The notes under the pieces: generated by a model
The model's input: the letters and a program-made list of their open reading frames with translations, nothing else
Databases searched by the model: none
Told to the model about the DNA's origin: nothing
Position numbers and translations under genes: made by a program
Shown here: positions 22,578-32,149 of the stretch, one piece after another
Layout: every line of letters starts with the position of its first letter
Position numbering within the stretch: the first letter of the stretch is position 1
From: an uncultured bacterium
GTDB lineage: Bacteria; Planctomycetota; UBA8108; UBA1146
DNA length: 64,000 nt
Direction: 5' to 3'
Assembly (NCBI GenBank): GCA_938075155.1
Contig: CALJGL010000001.1
Location: 20,181 to 84,180 of the forward strand

Positions 22578-23804
22578 ATGAGACTCAAGAAAGGGGCGGG
22601 GATGCGTATCTCTGCGGATCATATCTTCACAGGAGCCGACTCAATGGCCGCCGGCCGGGTCGTCATCGAGAACGGAATCATCCAGGGGATACTCGCCCCG
22701 GGTGAGTCCGATCTTCACCTCGAGAATACTCTCCTCAGTTGCGGGTGGGTCAATTCTCATGTCCATCTCGATTTGAGCCTCCCAAGGGATGGGGATCGTG
22801 TCCCCGGTAGTTTTGAAGACTGGTTGGGATCAGTGGTTCAAGCACGAAGAACTCTCGGAGAAGAACTGAAGGTAATCGCTGCGAAAGGGATCGAAGAATC
22901 CATCGCTACGGGAACGACTGCGGTCTTCGATATCGATCCTGAGGGACACGTGCTCGATGCCATTCAGCATTCAGATCTCAAAAGAGTTATCTTTCGCGAA
23001 GTGATCGCACTGACGAGAGAACAAGACAAATCAGATTCTTGGATAGAATTTTTGAATGGGACTACTGATTCTCAAAAAGAACTGAGAGCCCTCTCACCTC
23101 ATTCACCCTACACCGTGCATCCTGAAATCTTGAAATTATTGACACAACTCTCTGCAGATAAAAGATTGCCCTGGGCTATGCATATCGCCGAGGCGGAATG
23201 GGAGAGAGAACTCCTCGATAATGGCACTGGTCCCGGAGCACAGTTTCTTGATCGATTCGGAGCCGACCCCGCAGAGTTTGTTCGCAAAACAAACCTGTTG
23301 AAATCTCTGGGGGACCCAGAGAAATCGGGACCGGGGTTAGTTATCCATGGAAACCATTGCACCTCTGAAGAAATGACTCTGATCGCGGAGAGTGGATCGG
23401 CTCTCGTGTGGTGTCCTTCCTCTCACGCCTATTTTAATCGTCCCCCTCATCCGGCACCCCAAGCACTGAGTCAGGGTGTACCGGTTCTTTTGGGTACCGA
23501 CGGTCAGATTTCTGCAGGTCACCTTTCTATGCTCAAAGAGATGAACTCTGCACATCAGGCAGCACCAACGATTCCTGCAGTGGATCTCTGGCGAATGGTC
23601 ACCACTGCTCCACGAGAATGGCTATCGGGCTTGGGGCAATCTCACCTACTCGGAAGCGGAAAACTCCAAGCCGGAGACCCCGCTGATCTGGTAGCGGTCT
23701 CCGTCCCCTCCGGAAGTGGATCTGTGCTCGAACGCGCCCTCCATGGAAAAATTCTCGGCTGCTGGATTGATGGTCGCGTCAAGACTTGGGAAGCCCCCGA
23801 GTGA
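22578..23804 (+). CDS. Metal-dependent amidohydrolase family protein (chlorohydrolase/deaminase-like)
   Basis: The product has an HxH motif (SCGWVNSHVHLDLS), HGNHC and LLGTDGQ motifs. The ORF track start at 22527 overlaps the divergent LysM gene, so an internal ATG at 22578 (MRLKKGAG...) is the more likely start. Confidence 0.7.
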   Translation: MRLKKGAGMRISADHIFTGADSMAAGRVVIENGIIQGILAPGESDLHLENTLLSCGWVNSHVHLDLSLPRDGDRVPGSFEDWLGSVVQARRTLGEELKVIAAKGIEESIATGTTAVFDIDPEGHVLDAIQHSDLKRVIFREVIALTREQDKSDSWIEFLNGTTDSQKELRALSPHSPYTVHPEILKLLTQLSADKRLPWAMHIAEAEWERELLDNGTGPGAQFLDRFGADPAEFVRKTNLLKSLGDPEKSGPGLVIHGNHCTSEEMTLIAESGSALVWCPSSHAYFNRPPHPAPQALSQGVPVLLGTDGQISAGHLSMLKEMNSAHQAAPTIPAVDLWRMVTTAPREWLSGLGQSHLLGSGKLQAGDPADLVAVSVPSGSGSVLERALHGKILGCWIDGRVKTWEAPE

Positions 23805-23896
23805 TCTTGTTCCATTCACGGTAGACTTCCATCATGATGATCCGTGACACTCAGCGCATCGCCACCAACAAGTACTCATGATCAGGAGTTCAGCAC

Positions 23897-24694
23897 ATGC
23901 CTGCGAATGCCATCGACAGCCATGCACATCTCTACTTCGACCGTTTTGATGAAGACAGGGACCAAGTCATTCAGCGTGCTCGAGATGCAGGTTTCATTTC
24001 GATCATCAATATTGGTATCGATCTTGAGACCAGTGAAAAAGTAGTCGCCCTCGCTGAAGAGTATCCTGGGTTTTGCCATGCTGCTGTGGGGATTCATCCG
24101 ACCCACTCGCAATTCTCAACGGACGAGTTGAATTCGACTCTCAATGCCATCGATCAATTATGCGATCGACACCCTCAAGAGATCGTCGCCATAGGAGAGA
24201 TCGGCCTAGATTACTATTGGAAGGATGTCTCGCCTGAAGTTCAAAAGCCGGCTTTCGTCGCACAACTCGACATGGCTCGCCGCCGCCAACTGCCCGTGGT
24301 GATCCATTGTCGCGAGGCTTGGTCCGATACTCTGGACGTCATTTCCGAAAACGGTGAAGGAGTGACCGGAGTCTTCCATTGCTTTGGAGGGACCGTCGAA
24401 GAGGCTCGCAGAGCCATCGATCTGGGTTGGTACGTCTCATTCGCAGGAAATGTCACCTATCCCAAGGCACAAAATCTCCGAGATGCTGCTGTTATCGTTC
24501 CCACAGATCGATTGTTGTTAGAGACGGATAGTCCCTTCCTGGCACCCCAACCTGTAAGAGGTAAACGGAATGAGCCGGTCCATTCGCTTCATACAGCAGA
24601 GGCTCTTGCACGTGTCAGAAAAGTAGGCACGAACGAACTCATCTCGGCGACGACCGAGAATAGCCAAAGACTGTTTCGATTGGGAACTTCCTGA
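23897..24694 (+). CDS. tatD: TatD-family metal-dependent DNase/hydrolase
   Basis: The N-terminus IDSHAHLYFDRFDEDRDQVI...GEIGLDYYW...HCREAW...VFHCFGG is the TatD signature. Confidence 0.9.
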   Translation: MPANAIDSHAHLYFDRFDEDRDQVIQRARDAGFISIINIGIDLETSEKVVALAEEYPGFCHAAVGIHPTHSQFSTDELNSTLNAIDQLCDRHPQEIVAIGEIGLDYYWKDVSPEVQKPAFVAQLDMARRRQLPVVIHCREAWSDTLDVISENGEGVTGVFHCFGGTVEEARRAIDLGWYVSFAGNVTYPKAQNLRDAAVIVPTDRLLLETDSPFLAPQPVRGKRNEPVHSLHTAEALARVRKVGTNELISATTENSQRLFRLGTS

Positions 24695-24703
24695 AAGAAG
24701 CTG

Positions 24704-24922
24704 CTAAAACTTCAGCATCTGCGGGGGTGAGCAGATGTGATCGACGAAGGACGTATCCTTGATCGAATTGACGGACTGAATCACACGATCACGCAGTTGA
24801 TCAGCGGTATTCGACAATGTTTCCGAGGTCATCGAGGGGACCATGCGAGCTCCTTCGAGGAGAGTCTCACGAATCATTTCGATCTTCTCAGATGGGGTGC
24901 GGTCTGGACTTTGGGTCGACAT
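24704..24922 (-). CDS. Possible small protein (72 aa), hypothetical
   Basis: The ORF lies in the tatD-murQ intergenic interval with GAGG 7 nt upstream of its ATG. I recognise no homology. Confidence 0.25.
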   Translation of the reverse strand: MSTQSPDRTPSEKIEMIRETLLEGARMVPSMTSETLSNTADQLRDRVIQSVNSIKDTSFVDHICSPPQMLKF

Positions 24923-25037
24923 CTTTACCTCTGTTCAATCGATCTTCTCTCCCTGAATCTTCCCGGTTACAAATCTCAAAATCTGTACCAAGCTCAGTGG
25001 TTACCGTTGAACCACCTCCGACAGGGATCCTAAGAGA

Positions 25038-25985
25038 TTAGGCCTCCCAGGACCTTTCTGCAAGTTGATGGGACGTCATACTCCCCTCCTTCAGAGGCTC
25101 CAAATACTGCCAAATCAGCTCTAATTGCCCCTGAGCTGCATCTAATAGCGTCTCGGTCTCTTTTGCAGGTTTCTCGAGCCACCCACAGGCCACAGCAAGC
25201 CTTAAATCATTACGGCACATAGAGATAAGGCTATCTGCTCGATTTTCTGATACATCTGCCAGTTGAGACACAATCGTCAGGGCGCGAGCTCTGAGTTTCC
25301 GATTTGTCGGCTTCATCATCACCATGCGGCCTTTGTATATCCAGCCCAAGCGAAGAGCTCCCATCGTCGAAATCCTTTGCAAGATCCTGTGAGTTGCCGT
25401 GGCAGCCCGCAATCGAGTTGAACCTGCAACCGTCTCCGGTCCCGTCGTAATCAGGATTGGGATGACTCCACCGGGCCCCGGAACCACTGCGGCGGGATTC
25501 CCCGTAATAAAAACTCGCTTTGCTCCCAATGAACCTGCGGTCTCCAACCCTTGAGCAACAAAGTCAGCCATTCCTGAAGCCGAGATTCCTAACACCAAAT
25601 CGTTCTCTGAGACCTTGAGGTCCTCAATCGCTTTTCTACCGGCGTCGCCATCATCTTCAGCACCTTCTACGGCTCGGGTGAGAGCCATGTCACCCCCGGC
25701 CACAAGGGCATGGCGACGATCCTCAGATACAGAGAAAGTGGGTCCCCATTCTGCCATTTCAAGGGCCAAGAGACGGCCACTGGTTCCAGCCCCTAAACCG
25801 ATCACTCTTCCGGTACCTCGCATCGTCTCAGCCCAAAGCGAAGAGGCGACCAACACAGATTCTCGTGCCCGTGAAATGGCTTCCTGAACTCCTGATTCGC
25901 CTAACTCAAAATGCTCCCAGCATTGCTCCGCAGATTTGATTTCAAAAGTGGAAGGATCGAGGCCTTCCGTAGGAGAAGAACTCAT
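25038..25985 (-). CDS. murQ: N-acetylmuramic acid 6-phosphate etherase (SIS domain)
   Basis: The product has ...GLGAGTSGRLLALEMAEWGPTFSV...VAGGDMAL..AVEGAEDD...LVLGISASG..., the MurQ/GCKR SIS-family signature. Confidence 0.75.
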   Translation of the reverse strand: MSSSPTEGLDPSTFEIKSAEQCWEHFELGESGVQEAISRARESVLVASSLWAETMRGTGRVIGLGAGTSGRLLALEMAEWGPTFSVSEDRRHALVAGGDMALTRAVEGAEDDGDAGRKAIEDLKVSENDLVLGISASGMADFVAQGLETAGSLGAKRVFITGNPAAVVPGPGGVIPILITTGPETVAGSTRLRAATATHRILQRISTMGALRLGWIYKGRMVMMKPTNRKLRARALTIVSQLADVSENRADSLISMCRNDLRLAVACGWLEKPAKETETLLDAAQGQLELIWQYLEPLKEGSMTSHQLAERSWEA

Positions 25986-27031
25986 TTTCCACCTCCCCCT
26001 GGTCCCTGAATCCTACGCCAGACCCTACCGATATCTTCGCGAATCTCTTTCTCCCAAGGTGGGTGAGGAAACTCTTTAAGGATCTCTTCGTAACTTGATG
26101 CGGCTGCAGCAAGTTTTTGATTCAGTTCCATCTCTCGAGCGTCTGATCGCCGGTTCTTCCAACGAATCTCAAGAATCTCATGCAATTTCCTTCGACGCTC
26201 CAGTAATGGCTCTCTTTCTGGAAACTTCAATGAATCGAGTTGAGTCATCAGTCGGATGGCATCTTTATTTTTCTGGTCTTGAACAAGCATCTGTGACTTA
26301 TCAAGCAACTGCTCTCCAGCTTTCCTTGAACGGGAATACACCTGACAAACCTTAAGAGTCGCCTTTAATGCTTTACGAACTTTAGAGGCTTTCAACTGAC
26401 TCCCCTTGAAAGGAGTTCCTTTATTCAGGTAGGGATCAAACAATGCTACGACTGTTTTACCTTTAGGTTTTCCGAATATTTTTGACAGATTTTTTCGTTC
26501 CGAATCTTCAACGCTTTTACGAGTTTCCGACCAATCTTTGGGGAATGGTTTCCAAATCCAATCATCGCCACTCTTGACCCAGTCAGCTCTCAGCAAAATC
26601 ACGTCGGAAAGCAGCGACTGAATAACACGGTCATCCAAAACGGCTTCCAACTTTGATCCTGTCTCAATATCCCCCTCACACTGAATTACGATCAGGAGTG
26701 GTTTCAAATCCCGTATTGATTTCTCAATCGCTTTGGAGGGGGTCTCCCATTTCATATCCATCTCTGATTTTTCGTCTTTATCAGAAGACTCTTCAGCCGA
26801 ATATTGTGGATCTAGAAGAGTTGCTCCGTCAGCAGCATTGACATGAACTCCAAGTGGGGAAAATACGAATGCACTCACCCACATGATCCCCGCGAAAATC
26901 CAACCCCGAGAATTCACGGGAAAGGAATTCTCGGGAATGAAGGCGGACAGTTGACTTGCCAGATTCATGCGGAAGCTCCTTTGGAAATTCAGGCCCTTCT
27001 GATTAAGACCCGAATTTTTACCTTTGAGCAT
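25982..27031 (-). CDS. Hypothetical secreted protein
   Basis: The product is 349 aa with an N-terminal signal/TM segment and a charged Lys/Glu-rich body. It is translationally coupled (ATGA) to murQ. Confidence 0.5.
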   Translation of the reverse strand: MLKGKNSGLNQKGLNFQRSFRMNLASQLSAFIPENSFPVNSRGWIFAGIMWVSAFVFSPLGVHVNAADGATLLDPQYSAEESSDKDEKSEMDMKWETPSKAIEKSIRDLKPLLIVIQCEGDIETGSKLEAVLDDRVIQSLLSDVILLRADWVKSGDDWIWKPFPKDWSETRKSVEDSERKNLSKIFGKPKGKTVVALFDPYLNKGTPFKGSQLKASKVRKALKATLKVCQVYSRSRKAGEQLLDKSQMLVQDQKNKDAIRLMTQLDSLKFPEREPLLERRRKLHEILEIRWKNRRSDAREMELNQKLAAAASSYEEILKEFPHPPWEKEIREDIGRVWRRIQGPGGGGK

Positions 27032-27168
27032 AATCTATCACCCAAATCGACCAGCAACCATGCACTGAAGTCCTTGATCTACTTGCCCTGCACCCGATCG
27101 AGTCACATGATCGGAAGTATGAGGTATCGGTCATGATGCCCTTTGAATGATCCGGGGAAGAAATCGCT

Positions 27169-27930
27169 ATGAACTCTTCAATACCGCCCTCAAGTGCTGA
27201 CGCGAACAAAGCCCATCCATTCCTCGATAAACCCGGGGAAAAGATCAGTGGCCTTTTCGACGAAATTGCCCCTCGCTACGATTTACTCAACCGCGTTTTG
27301 TCCTTCAATATCGATGTTTGGTGGAGACATCAGGCCGTCAAATCATTGCAGTTGAAACCCGGCCACAAGGTGCTGGATGCCTGCTGCGGAACTGGGGATC
27401 TCTCCATGGCGGCTCTCGCCGCAGAACCAAATCTGGATGTAATAGGAAGTGATTTCTCTATTCAGATGCTGCTCACTGGAGATCGTAAACGTCGCCAAAA
27501 AGCGGGTCACTTTAAAGGACCCCAGCTTGTTCATGCAGACACGCTCGACCTTCCATTTCCCGACAACACTTTTGACGGTGCAATGGTCGGTTTTGGCATG
27601 AGGAACGTCGCAAATCTTCCAGCAGGCTTGCGAGAGTTATCCCGGGTTCTAAAACCCGGAGGACGATTAATGGTGTTGGAATTCACACCGATGACTCACC
27701 GCTGGTTACGCCCCTTTTCAGATTGGTACCAAGGAAAAGTACTTCCAGGAATTGGAAATCTTCTCTCCGGTTCAAAAGTGAAAGCTTACAGTTACCTTGA
27801 CGAATCGGTTAAGGATTGGCCCGATGGAGATCGCTTTGCAGAAGTGATACGTCGTACTCCCCTTCACGCTGTGAAATGGCGTCCGTTATTCCCAGGGAAT
27901 GTTGCAGTCCATGAGGCCGTAAAAGCATGA
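27169..27930 (+). CDS. ubiE: Demethylmenaquinone/ubiquinone C-methyltransferase
   Basis: The product has ...FDEIAPRYDLLNRVLSF...VLDACCGTGDLS..., the UbiE/MenG SAM-methyltransferase signature. Confidence 0.9.
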   Translation: MNSSIPPSSADANKAHPFLDKPGEKISGLFDEIAPRYDLLNRVLSFNIDVWWRHQAVKSLQLKPGHKVLDACCGTGDLSMAALAAEPNLDVIGSDFSIQMLLTGDRKRRQKAGHFKGPQLVHADTLDLPFPDNTFDGAMVGFGMRNVANLPAGLRELSRVLKPGGRLMVLEFTPMTHRWLRPFSDWYQGKVLPGIGNLLSGSKVKAYSYLDESVKDWPDGDRFAEVIRRTPLHAVKWRPLFPGNVAVHEAVKA

Positions 27931-28766
27931 ATGAAAAACTCCAAAAAAATCATCATGTGATTGCGGCTCCCGGGCTAAAAACAGATCCCACTCAATTCGC
28001 CAAGATGCTGTCCCAAGAACTGGGAACAGTTCTATTCGACGAGACTTACCGACTAAAAAACTGTGAAGGTTGGTGGCTTCGTGGAGGGACTGAGAAGCAG
28101 GCTGAGAAGGTCTCTGAACTGGCGAAATCGTTGTCCCTTCCCGTCCGTATTTGGGTCAAAGATTTACCCGATACACGAATGAAAGTTCGACGTACGATTC
28201 GAACTCGTATCGAAAATGATCGCCTAGAGTTAGTCAGTCCCACCGATTCCAGATGGATTCCACTGAGTTCGATAAGAGCCCTCGATTTGAGTTTGGCGGC
28301 GGAGGACGACGATGATCAAGAGTTGGAAAAACACAAAGATCAAAGGGATCGAGTGATGCGAGGCCTTGCTTCAGTCATGCACCCTGGCACACCGGCAGGA
28401 GACCTTCTTGAGAAAATCTCGGAGGCTCCCATTCGGAATCCTCGACCCAAATTGTTCCTCATCGGCCCGGGTGATCTATGCTGGTCTATGGATAGAAGTA
28501 CCGTCTTCCTTGACCTCGTTGAACAACGAGCCGCTCAATCCTTAGCGAATATCCTGCGATTCACCGGAATTCTCATCGGTTCTTTGTCGGAGGAAATCAT
28601 CACACCACAAACCCAACTTTTCTGGATTGATGGAGATCTCGATTCAAGTCGCAGGGATACTGACACACAACAATCTAATCGAATCGATGCGATTAGAGCG
28701 TGGCTGGAAGTCGGCGGCACATTGAATGAAGGTCAGGCCAGAGGTTCAGTACTTCCGCCTCCATAA
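27927..28766 (+). CDS. Hypothetical protein (279 aa) within the quinone cluster
   Basis: The ORF is translationally coupled to ubiE (ATGA overlap). I recognise no domain. Confidence 0.5.
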   Translation: MNEKLQKNHHVIAAPGLKTDPTQFAKMLSQELGTVLFDETYRLKNCEGWWLRGGTEKQAEKVSELAKSLSLPVRIWVKDLPDTRMKVRRTIRTRIENDRLELVSPTDSRWIPLSSIRALDLSLAAEDDDDQELEKHKDQRDRVMRGLASVMHPGTPAGDLLEKISEAPIRNPRPKLFLIGPGDLCWSMDRSTVFLDLVEQRAAQSLANILRFTGILIGSLSEEIITPQTQLFWIDGDLDSSRRDTDTQQSNRIDAIRAWLEVGGTLNEGQARGSVLPPP

Positions 28767-28799
28767 CCAAAGTCAAGACTCCTGAAAGGGAACCCGATC

Positions 28800-29417
28800 A
28801 TGAACAAACCTCACCAGCAGGAAAAAGGATCTCCCAAGCAACTCGTCGTTGGTGTCAGTGGAGCCAGTGGCTCCGTGATCGCCGAACGCCTAGTTCGGTT
28901 TCTTCTGGATTCTGGACATCATGTCCATCTCGTCGCGTCCAAAACGGGCAAACTGGTTACTCATGATGAGATGGATATCCCACAGGGAACGCGTGGTTTG
29001 TTCGCTAACATGGAACATGAAAACCTGACGGAATGGGGCGAAAAAAACTTCTATGCCCCCTTTGCCAGTGGAACGGCACCTATCGATGGGATGGCGATAG
29101 TCCCATGCGCGATGACCACGGTGGCCAGTGTCGCCCATGGTATTTCTGACAATCTGATAAAGCGTGCGGCGGAAGTCATGCTCAAGGAAGGCCGTCCTTT
29201 GGTGATCGTGCCCCGTGAAGCTCCACTGAATCAGATTCATTTGCAGAACATGCTGACTCTCGCTCAAGCAGGCGCCACCATCGTTCCTCCGGTACTCACT
29301 TTTTACCAACACCCTGGAGATTCCGTCATGGAACAAGTCGACTATGTCGTCAGTCGAATCCTTGACCATCTGGGTGTCGACAATCAACTTTTTCATCGAT
29401 GGGGTACCGAGAGGTGA
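28800..29417 (+). CDS. ubiX: Flavin prenyltransferase UbiX/Pad1 family
   Basis: The product has LVVGVSGASGSVIAERLVRFLLDSGHHVHLVASKTG...IVPCAMTTVASVAHG, the UbiX signature. Confidence 0.9.
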   Translation: MNKPHQQEKGSPKQLVVGVSGASGSVIAERLVRFLLDSGHHVHLVASKTGKLVTHDEMDIPQGTRGLFANMEHENLTEWGEKNFYAPFASGTAPIDGMAIVPCAMTTVASVAHGISDNLIKRAAEVMLKEGRPLVIVPREAPLNQIHLQNMLTLAQAGATIVPPVLTFYQHPGDSVMEQVDYVVSRILDHLGVDNQLFHRWGTER

Positions 29418-30310
29418 TTCGATCGAGTGACTCTCCACACGGCTTACTGGGCAGTTTCATCGAGTTCGGGGAAATGATCAAAATTTCCCATACTCTGTTC
29501 GCCATGCCATTTGCTATCGGAGCAGGTTTCCTAGCTGCCTCAGAAACCACCCATGAAATCCCCAATCCCATCATCGCCTTTTTGCAGATCATTCTTGCCG
29601 TCGCCTTCGCGAGGACTGCGGCTATGTCTTTCAACCGCTGGGCTGACAAAGATATAGATGGAAAAAACCCCAGAACCTCAGGGCGATCGATTCCTGCTGG
29701 ACGTCTCAGCTCGGGTAAAGTGCTGACGGCAACCATCTTGTCCGCACTGGGCTTCATTGGGATCTGCGCGTGGATCAGCCACATCGCACTTCTGCTGTCC
29801 CCCATCGTCTTGCTCGTAGTCTTGGGGTACTCGTACACAAAAAGAGTCACATGGCTTTGTCATGCAGTGCTCGGCACCGGTCTAGGATTAGCCCCTGTTG
29901 GAGCGTGGTTGGTCGTCACCGGGGATTTAAGTCATCCCATTCCATGGCTATTAGGCACTGCAGTTCTCTTTTGGACGACTGGATTTGACATCATTTACGC
30001 TTGTCAAGATGCTGAAGTAGATCAGGCTCAATCACTGAATAGCATCCCTGCCTGCTTTGGAGTGGGCAAAGCTTTACTGATTTCAAAGCTCTGCCACGTG
30101 ATGATGGTGATCCTTCTGGGCGGGCTTTGTTTCGAGATGGGTTTTCCCCTCTCCATAGTGACAGCAACCTTGATCACCATTGTTCTTCTCATTATTGAGC
30201 ACCTCATCATTTCCAAAGGAAACTTAGAAAAAATAGAAATCTCATTCTTTCAAATCAATGTTGCGATCAGTCTCATGTTTCTTATCGCAATGATCTTCGA
30301 GGTATCCTGA
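29399..30310 (+). CDS. UbiA-family aromatic prenyltransferase (MenA/MqnP-like)
   Basis: The product is a polytopic membrane protein with ARTAAMSFNRWADKDIDGKNPRT (the Asp-rich UbiA motif) and a second DxxxD-like region. Its start overlaps the ubiX end. Confidence 0.85.
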   Translation: MGYREVIRSSDSPHGLLGSFIEFGEMIKISHTLFAMPFAIGAGFLAASETTHEIPNPIIAFLQIILAVAFARTAAMSFNRWADKDIDGKNPRTSGRSIPAGRLSSGKVLTATILSALGFIGICAWISHIALLLSPIVLLVVLGYSYTKRVTWLCHAVLGTGLGLAPVGAWLVVTGDLSHPIPWLLGTAVLFWTTGFDIIYACQDAEVDQAQSLNSIPACFGVGKALLISKLCHVMMVILLGGLCFEMGFPLSIVTATLITIVLLIIEHLIISKGNLEKIEISFFQINVAISLMFLIAMIFEVS

Positions 30311-30312
30311 CC

Positions 30313-32148
30313 ATGAAATCTCGAGATGAAGAGCGTCAGTTATTGATCAACAAAACCTCGTGGCGACAACCGGCGCTACCTGCGGGCAGAATCGCCCTCG
30401 TCCGAGGTGCCGTGATCTTCTCGATTCTCTTTTGTTTGTATTGGATGATGGTTCCACTAGGACCAGAAACTGGGCCGACGGCTCGGCTACTCGCAAGTTA
30501 CTGGAATCCTCCCGAAGCCATCGCCATCCCTTTGGCTGTTCAACTGATTCTTCTCAAACTCAGTTCTTTTCTATTTTCACCGGAGATCTCCGCAAAAGTT
30601 CTTTCCATTTTCCTCACTACAGGAGGTCTGGCAATTTTGGTTTGCTGGCTTCGACAATTGGACGCTTCAAGGTCGACAGTTGTCACCGCCACTCTCCTTG
30701 CAGGACTATCGCCGGGGATTGCTCAAATCGTCATCCATGGAGGAAGCGCTCCATTGATCTTTTTCACAGGGACTCTCCTTCTGGTAACTACGGATCAAAT
30801 GCGAGCAGAGGCGGGTCGAGGATTGAGATCGGTATCGTTCTTCTTCGGCGTATCGTTGGCCTTCGGTCCAGCCATGATTCCTGTACAAATGTACTCACTC
30901 TTGACGGTTCTCTTCGACCAGAGCAACAGAGATCTGATTTTCAGAAATCTCCTTCGAAGTATTCTTGGCGTGATCTTCGGCTTTCTGCCTTGTTTCCTCA
31001 CTGCGATTTACTTCTCGGATTCATCCTCGATGGCTTCCTGGATAGAAGTCTTTGTTCAGTGGAAAGAATCTTGGAAATCTTCTATTTCAGGCCTTCATTC
31101 CCCCTCAGTAGAACTTCTCTTTAACTCGACTCGTCAGGTGGGAGTTTTTCTCCTCTTGATGGCACTTCCGGGGTTCCTGTGGTCTCTCCTCCGACGCCCG
31201 GGGGATGCCTGCCTAATGCTCCTTATTATGACTTCAGGCGCGTTCGCTTTACCAACATCGACAAAGGTCAGAGGATTCACAACCGTCGATGCTATGGATC
31301 CCTATCTCCTCTTCGCGAGCCTTCCTGCACTTGTGTTCTGTAGTTGGACTTTAACGATTGCTCATCGCCGAATGGCTAGATTTCAACCTTCGCGAAAATT
31401 CCTCGTTAGCATTTCGTCCCTGATCATCTGCTTCGTAGCCGTGTTCTTGGTAAAGCCGCTTCCATGGAAACCCACTTCGCAATTAGTTCAACAGTGGGCT
31501 GCTTCAGTTCTGGAGTCTGCTCCTCAAGATGCGCTTCTTCTCACAGGAGGAAACGCTTCGGCCAGTGCTTTGGTATCGGTCCAATGGCGAGATGGACTTC
31601 GTCCAGATGTCATCATTCTCGATCCCTGGGGAATCAGAGAAAAACCCTGGTCCTCACTGGAGCATCAGAGATTGGGTCTTTCTTCAAATCTTGAGGACTC
31701 AGAGTTGATTTCCGGCATTCAGGAACTCCTCGATGCCGGTCGACCATTAGTCGCTCTTCCAGAAGCTTTATCCCACCCCTTAATGGCTGGGAAAAATATT
31801 CAACCGAGAGCACTCTTGTTTGAAATTCGACCAGAAAAATCTCCATTAATCTCCGACATGGAACTCATGGAAACTCTCAATCTGGCAGACCTCCCTAGCA
31901 CTCCGAAAGATGCATGGGCATGGATTCGAGGAGAAGGAGATTTCCCCCCACGAAGGGGACGGCTAGCAGGAAGAGTCGCAGCAAGATCATGGCTCGCTTT
32001 GGCGAGATCCAAGGGGGAGTTGACCTTTACCGACGAATGGTCGCCGATTCTGGCCGTGTTGGAGGGTATGTATTTCGATCCAGACGGGGTTCAGGAATGG
32101 GCACTCGGTCAGCCAGATTTACGGCTGGATTCGAGAAAACCCAAATAG
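30313..32148 (+). CDS. Polytopic integral membrane protein (611 aa), function unknown
   Basis: The N-terminal ~400 aa contain about 10 predicted TM helices and are followed by a ~200-aa soluble C-terminal domain. The gene lies 3 nt after the UbiA-family gene. Confidence 0.55.
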   Translation: MKSRDEERQLLINKTSWRQPALPAGRIALVRGAVIFSILFCLYWMMVPLGPETGPTARLLASYWNPPEAIAIPLAVQLILLKLSSFLFSPEISAKVLSIFLTTGGLAILVCWLRQLDASRSTVVTATLLAGLSPGIAQIVIHGGSAPLIFFTGTLLLVTTDQMRAEAGRGLRSVSFFFGVSLAFGPAMIPVQMYSLLTVLFDQSNRDLIFRNLLRSILGVIFGFLPCFLTAIYFSDSSSMASWIEVFVQWKESWKSSISGLHSPSVELLFNSTRQVGVFLLLMALPGFLWSLLRRPGDACLMLLIMTSGAFALPTSTKVRGFTTVDAMDPYLLFASLPALVFCSWTLTIAHRRMARFQPSRKFLVSISSLIICFVAVFLVKPLPWKPTSQLVQQWAASVLESAPQDALLLTGGNASASALVSVQWRDGLRPDVIILDPWGIREKPWSSLEHQRLGLSSNLEDSELISGIQELLDAGRPLVALPEALSHPLMAGKNIQPRALLFEIRPEKSPLISDMELMETLNLADLPSTPKDAWAWIRGEGDFPPRRGRLAGRVAARSWLALARSKGELTFTDEWSPILAVLEGMYFDPDGVQEWALGQPDLRLDSRKPK

Positions 32149-32149
32149 C

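Noticed and set aside
24737-25041. Two + strand ORFs (98 and 74 aa) in the tatD-murQ gap
   Set aside because: They overlap a minus-strand 72-aa ORF that has a better RBS, they lack start context, and no homology was recognised. They were not called.
30360-31124. 254-aa + strand ORF
   Set aside because: It is an out-of-frame overlap with the 611-aa membrane protein gene (30313-32148). It has Arg-rich composition typical of a shadow ORF.
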